A DNA stretch of 64,000 nt from Candidatus Eiseniibacteriota bacterium (GTDB lineage: Bacteria > ARS69). Below are positions 25,262-33,995 of the stretch, in pieces (within the stretch, counting starts at the first letter, position 1; every line of letters begins with the position of its first letter). Both the position numbers and the translations under genes were made by a program. Location: NCBI GenBank assembly GCA_052390515.1, contig JBQTGV010000044.1, positions 15,619-79,618 of the forward strand, given 5' to 3'. Below the pieces are notes generated by a model. The model was not told where the DNA came from and did not search any database. It worked only from the letters and a program-made list of their open reading frames with translations.

Positions 25262-26473
25262 ATGAATGCGATGCGGAACCGATCGATCCCCCTGTGGCCC
25301 ACGTTCGTTCTGGTCCTGACCGTGAGCTGCGGCGACGACAACCCTGCGGATCCCGGGGATGACCCAGGGCCAGCGGGCGGCCTTCAGCTCGACAACTTTC
25401 AACCAGCCGCGATGGTCATCGGACAGGCCGACAAGGTGTCGGGCACGGCGAATGCGGGTGGCGGCACGACGAACGCATTCGGACTGACGCAGCCCGATGC
25501 AGCCGGGTGCGGAACGCTGTACCTCCCGGACGACCTCAACCACCGCGTTCTGGGTTTCGCGGGGGTGCCGACGACCGATGGCGCCGCCGCCAGCTTCGTG
25601 CTCGGTCAACCGGACTTCACGTCGTCCGCGCAAGGCACCACTGCCGAGAACTTTCGTCACCCGGGCGACTGCGCGGTGGCCGACGGGAAGCTGTTCGTCC
25701 TGGACAGTGGGAACGAGCGAGTCCTGATCTGGAACTCCCTGCCGACGGGTAACGTGCCGGCCGATGTGGTCGTGGGGCAACCCGACTTCACGTCCTCAGC
25801 GCCCGCGACGACCCGGACGGGTCTCGCCGGCCCGTTCCGCGTGGCGGTCGGCGGCGGCCGGATGTTCGTCAGCGACACCGCGAATTCCCGGGTTCTGATC
25901 TGGAACACCATACCCACGGCGAACGGCGCGCCGGCCAGCGTGGTCCTCGGACAGACCGATTTCACGACGTCCGTCCCGGGCCTGACCGCCTCGACGTTCC
26001 GATCTCCGACGGCCCTCTGGACGGACGGCACGCGCCTCGTGGTCGGCGACCTGGGGAATCGCCGCGTTCTGATCTGGAACACGATTCCCACGACGAACGG
26101 TGCTGCGGCGGACGTGGTCGTGGGTGCCCCGGACTTCACGACCGCGGGTTCGAGCACGCCCTCCGCGACGAGCATCGACTTCCCCCTCGGTGTGACCTCC
26201 GACGGCACGAGCCTCTTCGTGGCGGACGTGAACTTCAATCGAGTGCTGATCTTCACGCCGTTCCCGACGGTGAACGGGGCGGCCGCTACGGGCGTGCTCG
26301 GCCAGGACAGCTTCACGAGTTCGGCTCTCAACGACGACGACCAGGACGGAACGCCGGACGGTCAGCCGACTGCGCGGACGTTCTTCGGACCCAGGGACGT
26401 GAGGGTTCTCGGGGACCGCCTGTTCGTCGCGGACGAGCTCAACAACCGGGTGATGGTCTTCGACGGCAAGTAG
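25262..26473 (+). CDS. NHL-repeat (six-bladed beta-propeller) putative lipoprotein
   Basis: The signal peptide ends ...LTVSCGDDNPA. Six repeats carry '(N/S)xRVLIWN(T/S)(I/L)PT.N..A(D/S)VVLGQ.DFTS'. Confidence 0.6.
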   Translation: MNAMRNRSIPLWPTFVLVLTVSCGDDNPADPGDDPGPAGGLQLDNFQPAAMVIGQADKVSGTANAGGGTTNAFGLTQPDAAGCGTLYLPDDLNHRVLGFAGVPTTDGAAASFVLGQPDFTSSAQGTTAENFRHPGDCAVADGKLFVLDSGNERVLIWNSLPTGNVPADVVVGQPDFTSSAPATTRTGLAGPFRVAVGGGRMFVSDTANSRVLIWNTIPTANGAPASVVLGQTDFTTSVPGLTASTFRSPTALWTDGTRLVVGDLGNRRVLIWNTIPTTNGAAADVVVGAPDFTTAGSSTPSATSIDFPLGVTSDGTSLFVADVNFNRVLIFTPFPTVNGAAATGVLGQDSFTSSALNDDDQDGTPDGQPTARTFFGPRDVRVLGDRLFVADELNNRVMVFDGK

Positions 26474-26488
26474 CGTCACACTGGGTCG

Positions 26489-29347
26489 ATGAACGGGGAA
26501 CAGTGGCGCCGGCTGAAGGACCTCTTCGTCGACCTCCAGGGAATGCCGGAGGGCGAGCGAAGCGCTCATCTCGACCGGGAGGCCGCCGGTGATCCGGAGG
26601 TGCGCGCCGAGCTCCATCGATTGCTCGCCGTCGACAGATTCGCCGCCGACTTCCTCGCCGCCGCACACTCCGCTTCCAGCCACGGCTCCATCGGACCCTA
26701 CCGGCTCCTCGAGATCCTGGGCGAAGGCGGCTTCGGCGTGGTGTATCTGGCCGAGCAGGAGCGCCCCATCCGCCGCCGCGTCGCGCTCAAGCTGATCAAG
26801 CCGGGGATGGACACGAAGCAGGTGATCGCCCGCTTCGAGGCCGAGCGGCAAGCCCTGGCTCTCATGGACCATCCCGGCATCGCCCAGGTTCACGACGCGG
26901 GCGAAACGGAGGCGGGCCGGCCGTACTTCGTCATGGAGTACGTGCCCGGGGAGCCCATCACCACGTTTTGCGACCGCGAGCGGCTGCGCATCCCCGAACG
27001 GCTCGAGCTCTTCCTCGAGGTCTGCGACGCGATCCAGCACGCCCACCACAAGAGCGTGATCCACCGGGACATCAAACCCTCCAACGTGCTCGTCGCGCTG
27101 CGCGACGGTGTGCCCGCGCCGAAGGTGATCGACTTCGGCATCGTCAAGGCGACCACGGCGGGGGCGGCCGGTCAAACCCTGATGACGCGCGAGGGGATGA
27201 TCGTCGGGACGCTGGGATACATGAGCCCGGAGCAGGCCGGGGCGGCCGAGACGGTGGACACGCGCTCCGACATCTACTCGCTGGGGGCTCTTCTGTACGA
27301 GCTGCTGGCGGGCTCACCGCCCTTCGACGCCGACCGGCTGAAGAGCGCCGCGCTCTCGGATGCCGTGCGCGTCGTCCGGGAAGAAGAGCCGCCGGCGCTC
27401 GCTGCGCGGGTGGCGCGAGGCGGGGAGGAGGAAGCGGCGGTGGTCGCCGAGCGGCGCTCCGCGGATGCCCGGCACCTTCTCCGCGAGCTGAAGGGCGAGC
27501 TGCAGTGGATCACGCTGCGCGCGCTGGAGAAGGACCCGAGCCGGCGTTACACGTCGGCGGCGGAGCTGGCGGCCGACATCCGCCGGCACCTCGCGAACGA
27601 GCCCGTGCTGGCCGTTGCTCCGAGCACGGCCTACCGGATGCGCAAGTTCGCCCGGAGGCACCGGGTCGGCGTCGTCGCTGCGACCGTCGTGCTGGCCACG
27701 ATCGTGGTCGGGGGAATCGCCGCGGGAATCGGCTTCGGCCGGGCGGTTCGTGCCGAGCACAAGGCACAACGCGAAGCGGAATCCCTACAGCGCGTCACCG
27801 ACTTTCTGGTCGAGTTGTTTCGCACGTCGAGCCCGGATCAATCCCGCGGAGAGACCATCACCGCGCGGACCCTCCTCGACGAGGGCACACGTCGCATCGA
27901 GGCCGACCTCGAGGCGGACGCGCACATCCGTGCGCGCCTGCTGGCGACGCTGGGCGACGCACATGTGAACCTGGCGCTCTACGATGACGGCCTTCGCCTG
28001 CTGCGCGAAGCGGTGGCGACGAGCGAAGCTGCGGAACCGCGCGACGACCTGGAGATCGCCGAGCAGCTTCGCCGATTGGCCTACGGCCTCAGAATGGCGG
28101 GACAGCTCGACAGCGTCGGGGTCCTCCTCGATCGCGCGATGGAGCTCGGACGCGACGCTGGGGCGCGCTCTCGCTGGATGGCGGGGTGCCTGTCGAACAA
28201 GGCTTCCTGGCTGAACAGCCTGGGCCAGCTCGCGCCGGCAGATTCGCTCGTGACGCTGGCGATCGAGATGGGTGAGTCCGAGCCGGAGCCGGATCGCCCT
28301 CAGCTCATGCGCATGTACTACACGAAGGGAAACATCGCCCACCGTCGGTTCGAGCTGCCGGATGCCGAGCGTCACTACCTCCGGGCGCTGGAGCTTTGCG
28401 AAAGCGGGGGAACCGAACCGACCTGGTCGGCGATGCTCCATCGCAGCCTGGCGTCCCTCTACGCCGCCCTCGGCGATCCGGAGAGGGCGGTGAGTCATGC
28501 GGAGCAGGGCGTGCGTCTCGCCCGGCGGCTCTATGCCTCCGACCATCCCAACCTCGCCTACGCGCTGGGCGGCCACGCGGCGGCCCTGGCCGGCAAAGGA
28601 GATTACTCGGGGGCGCTCGCTGTGCGGGAGGAGGCGCTGGGCATTTGGCGTGCGACCGGGGCGCAGACCGACCTCGCCCGCGAGCTGAACAGCGTAGGAA
28701 TCCTGCACCGGGCTGCCGGTCAACTCGATCTCGCTATCGCCTGCACGGAAGAAGCGTGCGCGCTGTACCGCGCGTCATTCGGTCAGGAAAGCGGCCGAAC
28801 CGCGGAGGCGGTCGCCAACCTGGCGCGGCTGTATGCGGAGAAGGGGCAGCTCCATCGCGCCGACTCGACGTACCGCGCAGCCGTTCCCGTGTTCGATCGG
28901 CTGCGCGACGGAAGCATCTTCGCCACCTATGCCTCCATGGGCTTCGCCAACGTGTGTCGGGATCTCGGGCGCTCGGCTCAGGCCGAGAGCCTCTATTCGC
29001 GGGTGGAGTCCGCGCTGGACTCCACCGAGGCGGGCCTGCGGGGCTATTTCGGCGAGTGCCTGGTGGATCACGCTTACCTGCGGTCGCGGCAGGGGAGGCA
29101 CGACGAGGCGGAGTCCATGATGCGGATCGGGCTCCCCATGCAACGCGGCGACGCCGCCGAGGATGCTCGAAGTCTGGGTGCCGCGTACCTCACGTGGGCA
29201 GCGGCGCGCGCGCTGGCCGGGGACGCCGCCGGCGCCATCGAGAAGCTCCAGCAGGCCGCCCGCTGCGGCGTGACGGTGCAGGACGCCGCCCGATATCCCG
29301 AGCTCGCCGCGCTCCCGGCCGACTACCCCCTGGAGAGCTCTCCGTAG
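26489..29347 (+). CDS. Ser/Thr protein kinase with TM and TPR domain (paralog 4)
   Basis: It has the conserved N-terminal extension, the kinase motifs, a TM helix and TPR repeats. It starts 16 nt after the NHL gene stop. Confidence 0.85.
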   Translation: MNGEQWRRLKDLFVDLQGMPEGERSAHLDREAAGDPEVRAELHRLLAVDRFAADFLAAAHSASSHGSIGPYRLLEILGEGGFGVVYLAEQERPIRRRVALKLIKPGMDTKQVIARFEAERQALALMDHPGIAQVHDAGETEAGRPYFVMEYVPGEPITTFCDRERLRIPERLELFLEVCDAIQHAHHKSVIHRDIKPSNVLVALRDGVPAPKVIDFGIVKATTAGAAGQTLMTREGMIVGTLGYMSPEQAGAAETVDTRSDIYSLGALLYELLAGSPPFDADRLKSAALSDAVRVVREEEPPALAARVARGGEEEAAVVAERRSADARHLLRELKGELQWITLRALEKDPSRRYTSAAELAADIRRHLANEPVLAVAPSTAYRMRKFARRHRVGVVAATVVLATIVVGGIAAGIGFGRAVRAEHKAQREAESLQRVTDFLVELFRTSSPDQSRGETITARTLLDEGTRRIEADLEADAHIRARLLATLGDAHVNLALYDDGLRLLREAVATSEAAEPRDDLEIAEQLRRLAYGLRMAGQLDSVGVLLDRAMELGRDAGARSRWMAGCLSNKASWLNSLGQLAPADSLVTLAIEMGESEPEPDRPQLMRMYYTKGNIAHRRFELPDAERHYLRALELCESGGTEPTWSAMLHRSLASLYAALGDPERAVSHAEQGVRLARRLYASDHPNLAYALGGHAAALAGKGDYSGALAVREEALGIWRATGAQTDLARELNSVGILHRAAGQLDLAIACTEEACALYRASFGQESGRTAEAVANLARLYAEKGQLHRADSTYRAAVPVFDRLRDGSIFATYASMGFANVCRDLGRSAQAESLYSRVESALDSTEAGLRGYFGECLVDHAYLRSRQGRHDEAESMMRIGLPMQRGDAAEDARSLGAAYLTWAAARALAGDAAGAIEKLQQAARCGVTVQDAARYPELAALPADYPLESSP

Positions 29348-29895
29348 AGCCAGGTCCTGGCGAAGGCCCAATCCCGGAGCACGGTACGCTTCGACGCTTC
29401 CAGCGTCTCCGCCACCTCCTCGACGCTCAGGCCCGCGTAGAAGCGCAGCCGAACGATCTGCGCCGCCCGCTCGTCCTGCACCGCCAGCCGCTCGATGGCA
29501 CGGTCCAGGGCGAGGATCGTCTCCGGGTCCCTGTCGTCGGCGATCGCGGCGACCTCCTCGAGGTCGAGCGACACCTTGGGCGCCGGTCGGCCCTCGGAAT
29601 CGCCGCCGCGCTTGACTCGCCGCCGGGCGCGGGCCCGGTCGATGAGGATCCGCCGCATGGCCTCGGCCGCCGCGGCGAAGAACTCCGCGCGGCCCTGCCA
29701 ATCGCCTGCCCCCTCGGGGCGAAGGCGCAGGTAGGCCTCGTGCACGAGCTCGGTGGTCTGGAGGCTCTGGCCCGCGTTCTCGCCCCGCATCCGCGCGTGC
29801 GCGATCGTGCGGAGCTCGTCGTAGACGCGGGCGAAGAACGCGTCGGAACCGGCCGGGCCGGGCTCGTCGGGTTGGGCAGGGGGCTCGGTGGACAT
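29323..29895 (-). CDS. ECF sigma factor, kinase-associated type (paralog 4)
   Basis: It has the same motifs as the other sigma paralogs. It has a 25-nt convergent overlap with kinase 4 and is divergent from kinase 5. Confidence 0.85.
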   Translation of the reverse strand: MSTEPPAQPDEPGPAGSDAFFARVYDELRTIAHARMRGENAGQSLQTTELVHEAYLRLRPEGAGDWQGRAEFFAAAAEAMRRILIDRARARRRVKRGGDSEGRPAPKVSLDLEEVAAIADDRDPETILALDRAIERLAVQDERAAQIVRLRFYAGLSVEEVAETLEASKRTVLRDWAFARTWLYGELSRG

Positions 29896-30079
29896 GCAGG
29901 GCGATGGTAAGGGGACGCCGTCCCGAGCTCAACCCGCCGGTTCCCAACCCACGGTGGCCGCCCCCGGCCGTCCACCGCTTCGCTGCCGCCGGACTCCGGC
30001 CTGGACGTACTTCGCCCGGCTCCGGACGGCCACGTCGGTCCGCCAAGCCCATCCGGCTGCGGTCGGCTAAACTGCGCCG

Positions 30080-32944
30080 ATGAACCGGGAGCAGTGGAGC
30101 CGACTCCGGGACCTCTACGCCGAGGCCGACGAGATGCCGGAGGGCGAGCGTCGCGCCTTCCTGGACCGTGAGGCGCGGGACGACCCCGAGCTCCGCGCCG
30201 AGCTGGACCGGCTCTTCGCCGCCGGCGCGGCCGCGACGACCTTCTTCGCACCATCCCCATCCGACGCCGGGCAGGGCTCGATCGGGCCGTACCGTCTCCT
30301 CCGCATCCTCGGCGAGGGCGGCTTCGGTGTCGTGTACCTCGCCGAGCAGGAGCGGCCCATCCGGCGCCGCGTGGCGCTCAAGCTGATCAAGCCGGGCATG
30401 GACACGAGGCAGGTGATCGCCCGCTTCCAGGCGGAGCGTCAGGCGCTCGCGGTGATGGACCACCCCGGCATCGCGCAGGTGCACGACGCCGGCGAGACGG
30501 AGACGGGCCGTCCCTACTTCGTCATGGAGTACGTGCCCGGCGCTCCGGTCACGGCGTTCTGCGACCGCGAGCGGCTGAGCGTACGCCAGCGGCTGGAGCT
30601 CTTCCTGCACATTTGTGACGCCATTCAGCACGCGCACCAGAAGGGAGTCATCCACCGGGACATCAAGCCGTCCAACGTGCTCGTCGCACTGCGGGACGGC
30701 GTGGCGGCACCGAAGGTGATCGACTTCGGCATCGTCAAGGCGACGACGGAGTTCGCAGCGGCGGGCACCCTGATGACCCGCGAGGGCATGATCGTCGGGA
30801 CGCTGGGGTACATGAGCCCGGAGCAGGCCGGGTCGTCGGAGAGCGTGGACACGCGCTCGGACATCTACTCGCTGGGGGTGCTGCTCTACGAGCTGCTGAC
30901 CGGCGCGCTGCCATTCGACGCGGAGCGGCTGCGCCAGGCGGCGCTGTCGGACGCCGTGCGGGTCATCCGCGAGGAGGAGCCGCCCGCCCTGGCCGCGAGA
31001 CTGTCCCGGAGTCGCGAGGCGTCCGCTGCCGCGGCCGAGCGGCGCTCGACCGACGTGCGCCGGCTCCTGCGCGACCTGAAGGGCGAGCTCTCCTGGATTA
31101 CGCTGCGCGCGACCGAGAAGGACCCGAACCGGCGCTACGCGTCGGCCGCGGAGCTGGCGGCGGACGTCCGGCGGCACCTCGACAACGAGCCCGTGCTCGC
31201 CGGCGCGCCGAGCACCATGTACAGACTGCGCAAGTACGCGCGGCGGCACCGCGCCGGCGTGATCGCCGCGGTGGTCGTGCTGGCCTCCATCGTGGCCGGC
31301 GGCGTCGCCGCGGGAATCGGTTTCCGCCGAGCGGTGCTGGCCGAGCAGGACGCGCGCCGCGAGGCGGAGTCGTCGAAGCGCGTCTCCGATTTCCTGGTGG
31401 AGCTGTTCCGCGCATCCAGCCCGGACGTGTCACAAGGCGAAGTGCTCACCGCGCGCATGCTCCTGGACGAGGGCACGCGCCGGATCGAGAGCGCGCTCGA
31501 GGAGGACCCGCTGGTGCGCGCTCGGGTCCTCGACGCGATGGGGGCGTCGTACGTGAACCTGGGCCACTTCGAGGAGGGGATCCGCGTCCGGCGCGAGGCG
31601 GTGACCGCCGCCGAGTCGGTCGAGCCGCGGGACGACGTGGAGGTCTCCAAACGGCTCGTCGGTCTCGCTCTGGCGCTGACCATGGGCGGCCAGCGCAACG
31701 ACGCGCGCCCGCTTCTCGAGCGGGCGAACGCGCTCTGCCAGGCCTCGGCGGACGCCGAACCGGATGTGCGCGCGGCGTGCCTCCAGCAGTTGGGACAGTG
31801 GTGGAACGAAGAGGGCGAGACCACCAAGGCAGACTCCCTGCTCACGCAGGCGCTCGAGATCGCGGAGTCCGCGGCCGAACCGAACGCCGTGCGGCTCATG
31901 CGCATCTGTTCGAGCAAGGCGAACATCGCTCACCGCCGGCTCGACCTGCAGGAGGCGGAGCGGCACTACCGGAGGGTGCTGGCCCTCGCGCGGGAGACGG
32001 AGACCCCTTCCGCCGCCATCAGCGCCCATCGCGGTCTGGCGTCGATGTTCGCAACGCTCGACGAGCCGGACAGCGCGCTGGCGCACGCCGAGGAGGGCGT
32101 CCGCCTCGCGCGGCAGATCTACGCGCCCGACAATCCCCAGCTCGCGACTGCGCTCGGCGGTCAGGCGAACGCGCTCACCGCCCGCGGTCGGTACCCCGAG
32201 GCGATCGCCGTCCTGGAAGAGGCGCTGGCCATCCTGCGGACTAAGGGGGCGCCGGAGCTTGCGGCCGGCGCGGCAAACCTGGCCGGCTCCGTCTACTTGG
32301 CGGACGGCCAGGTCGACTCCGCGATCGCCCGCACCGAAGAAGCCCATCGGATCTTCGTCGGGCAGAAGGGTCCGGAGAACGCCCGCGTGGCGGAGGTCGT
32401 GGCCAACCTGGGGCGCTGCTACGCCGCAGCGGGGCAGACCCAGCGGGCCGACGCGTCCTTCCGCGATGCCATCGCCGTGTTCGACCGAGTCGGGGACGAG
32501 ACCATCCTCCCGCCGCTGGCATGGATGAGCTACGCGAACCTCTGCCGCGACGACGGGCGGATGGAGCGGGCGGATTCGTTGTACGCGCGCGCGGCTGCCG
32601 CCCTGGACTCGACGAACGCCGGGATGCGGTCGTACGCCTGGGAGTGCCTGATGGACTGGGGCCGCCTGCGGTCTCTTCAAGACAGGCACGACGAGGCGGA
32701 GGCGCTGCTGCGGGGGAGCTACTCCATCAGGCGGAGCAGCGCGGAGGGCGACACCGATCCCTCCCTGGGCGGTGTGTACCTCGTGTGGGCGGCGGCCCGA
32801 TCGCGCGCCGGGGATGTCGAAGGCGCCGTCGAGAAGCTCCGCCTGGCCGCGGCGAGTGAGGTGGACCCGAGGGACGTCGAGGGCTTCCCGGAGCTCGCCG
32901 CCCTCCGGGACCATCCGGAGTACCCGTTCCGAGGAACTCGCTGA
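30080..32944 (+). CDS. Ser/Thr protein kinase with TM and TPR domain (paralog 5)
   Basis: It has the conserved N-terminal extension, the kinase motifs, a TM helix and TPR repeats. Confidence 0.85.
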   Translation: MNREQWSRLRDLYAEADEMPEGERRAFLDREARDDPELRAELDRLFAAGAAATTFFAPSPSDAGQGSIGPYRLLRILGEGGFGVVYLAEQERPIRRRVALKLIKPGMDTRQVIARFQAERQALAVMDHPGIAQVHDAGETETGRPYFVMEYVPGAPVTAFCDRERLSVRQRLELFLHICDAIQHAHQKGVIHRDIKPSNVLVALRDGVAAPKVIDFGIVKATTEFAAAGTLMTREGMIVGTLGYMSPEQAGSSESVDTRSDIYSLGVLLYELLTGALPFDAERLRQAALSDAVRVIREEEPPALAARLSRSREASAAAAERRSTDVRRLLRDLKGELSWITLRATEKDPNRRYASAAELAADVRRHLDNEPVLAGAPSTMYRLRKYARRHRAGVIAAVVVLASIVAGGVAAGIGFRRAVLAEQDARREAESSKRVSDFLVELFRASSPDVSQGEVLTARMLLDEGTRRIESALEEDPLVRARVLDAMGASYVNLGHFEEGIRVRREAVTAAESVEPRDDVEVSKRLVGLALALTMGGQRNDARPLLERANALCQASADAEPDVRAACLQQLGQWWNEEGETTKADSLLTQALEIAESAAEPNAVRLMRICSSKANIAHRRLDLQEAERHYRRVLALARETETPSAAISAHRGLASMFATLDEPDSALAHAEEGVRLARQIYAPDNPQLATALGGQANALTARGRYPEAIAVLEEALAILRTKGAPELAAGAANLAGSVYLADGQVDSAIARTEEAHRIFVGQKGPENARVAEVVANLGRCYAAAGQTQRADASFRDAIAVFDRVGDETILPPLAWMSYANLCRDDGRMERADSLYARAAAALDSTNAGMRSYAWECLMDWGRLRSLQDRHDEAEALLRGSYSIRRSSAEGDTDPSLGGVYLVWAAARSRAGDVEGAVEKLRLAAASEVDPRDVEGFPELAALRDHPEYPFRGTR

Positions 32945-32955
32945 GGCACGCGAGA

Positions 32956-33537
32956 CTAGGCGCCGTCCCCGGAGAGCTCTCCGTAGAGCCACGCCCGGGC
33001 GAAGGCCCAGTCGCGGAGGACGGTCCGGGTCGACGCGCCCATCGCCTCGGCCACCTCCTCGACGGAGAGCCCTCCGTAGAAGCGCAGCCGCACCACCTTC
33101 GCCGCGCGCTCGTCCTTCTCCGCCAGGCGCTCGATGGCGCGGTCGACGGCCAGGATGGTCTCCGGATCGCCGTCGTCGGCGAGCGCGGCCACCTCTTCCA
33201 GGTTGAGCGAGACCCTCGGCGGGGGCCGGCCTTCCGCGTCGCCGCCGCGCTTCATCCGCCCCTTCGCGCGGGCCCGCTCGATCAGGATCCGGCGCATGGC
33301 CTCGGCGGCGGCGGAGAAGAAGTGGCCGCGGTTGTCCCAGCGGCCGCCGCCCGGCGGGCGAAGGCGCAGGTAGGCCTCGTGCACCAGCTCGGTGGATTGG
33401 AGGGTCTGCCCGGTGCGTTCGCCCTGCATCCGGGCGTGCGCGATGGCCCGGAGCTCGTCGTAGACCTGGGCGAAGAACGTGTCCGAGCCCTTCGGGCCGG
33501 GTCCGGGGGGGTCGGGGGCGGGCCGTTCCTCGGTCAT
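32956..33537 (-). CDS. ECF sigma factor, kinase-associated type (paralog 5)
   Basis: The sequence MTEERPAPD...ELVHEAYLRL...DWAFARAWLYGELSGDGA is present. It is convergent with kinase 5 without overlap. Confidence 0.8.
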   Translation of the reverse strand: MTEERPAPDPPGPGPKGSDTFFAQVYDELRAIAHARMQGERTGQTLQSTELVHEAYLRLRPPGGGRWDNRGHFFSAAAEAMRRILIERARAKGRMKRGGDAEGRPPPRVSLNLEEVAALADDGDPETILAVDRAIERLAEKDERAAKVVRLRFYGGLSVEEVAEAMGASTRTVLRDWAFARAWLYGELSGDGA

Positions 33538-33625
33538 GGAGCCGATGCTAACGGGCCTCCCGGAGTGTCTCAACCGGCTTCTCGAAAGCCGCCGTCCTCC
33601 GCGTCCGCCCTGCCCTTCCGGCCCG

Positions 33626-33653
33626 CTGTCACCCTCCGCCCGCCTCCGTCGCA
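33626..33653 (+). promoter_or_regulatory. TGTCAC-N17-CGCAT candidate ECF-type promoter (copy 5)
   Basis: The conserved motif lies 60 nt upstream of peptide 5. Confidence 0.55.
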
Positions 33654-33713
33654 TGCAGCCGCGACCGTCACCGTGCAGGCGGCGGACGAACCAATCACCC
33701 GGAGGGGAAGGCC

Positions 33714-33797
33714 ATGATCACCCTGTTCACGCTGGTTCTGGACCTGGTTCTGGGCAGGATCGCTGCCAACCATAACCAGACCGTTCGGTCCGCGTAG
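33714..33797 (+). CDS. Small conserved peptide (27 aa) MITLFTLVLDLVLGRIAANHNQTVRSA; family member 5
   Basis: GGAGGGGAAGG lies upstream. It is a paralog of the other peptides. Confidence 0.6.
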   Translation: MITLFTLVLDLVLGRIAANHNQTVRSA

Positions 33798-33843
33798 CTC
33801 GGGAGTTTCCGCGGCGGGCGAGGGACCTTCGCCCGCCGCCCCG

Positions 33844-33871
33844 TGTCACCTCCGGGGTGACTTCGGCGCAG
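33844..33871 (+). promoter_or_regulatory. TGTCAC-N17-CGCAG candidate ECF-type promoter (copy 6)
   Basis: The conserved motif lies 31 nt upstream of peptide 6. Confidence 0.55.
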
Positions 33872-33902
33872 GGAGGATCAGAACCTCTGCCGGAGGAACC
33901 CG

Positions 33903-33995
33903 ATGCCGACCCTCTTCGCCCTCTTGCTCGATCTCGTCGCCGGCAGGCGCGCCGCCAACCATGGTCAGACGCGGCTCTTCGAGGAAAGGGCCTGA
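33903..33995 (+). CDS. Small conserved peptide (30 aa) MPTLFALLLDLVAGRRAANHGQTRLFEERA; family member 6
   Basis: GGAGG lies upstream. Its stop overlaps the start of the NHL lipoprotein gene (TGATG), so the two are translationally coupled. Confidence 0.6.
   Translation: MPTLFALLLDLVAGRRAANHGQTRLFEERA

Noticed and set aside
25262-25330. Strict lipobox in the NHL proteins
   Set aside because: The 'LTVSC' and 'LAASC' sites are imperfect lipoboxes, with a non-L/V/I residue at -3. Because 'SCGDDNPA' is conserved between the paralogs I keep 'putative lipoprotein' but cannot assert lipidation.
29896-30079. A peptide gene or TGTCAC promoter between sigma 4 and kinase 5
   Set aside because: Only the GCTCAACC sigma-upstream motif is present. 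There is no TGTCAC-N17-CGCA match and no small ORF with a Shine-Dalgarno.
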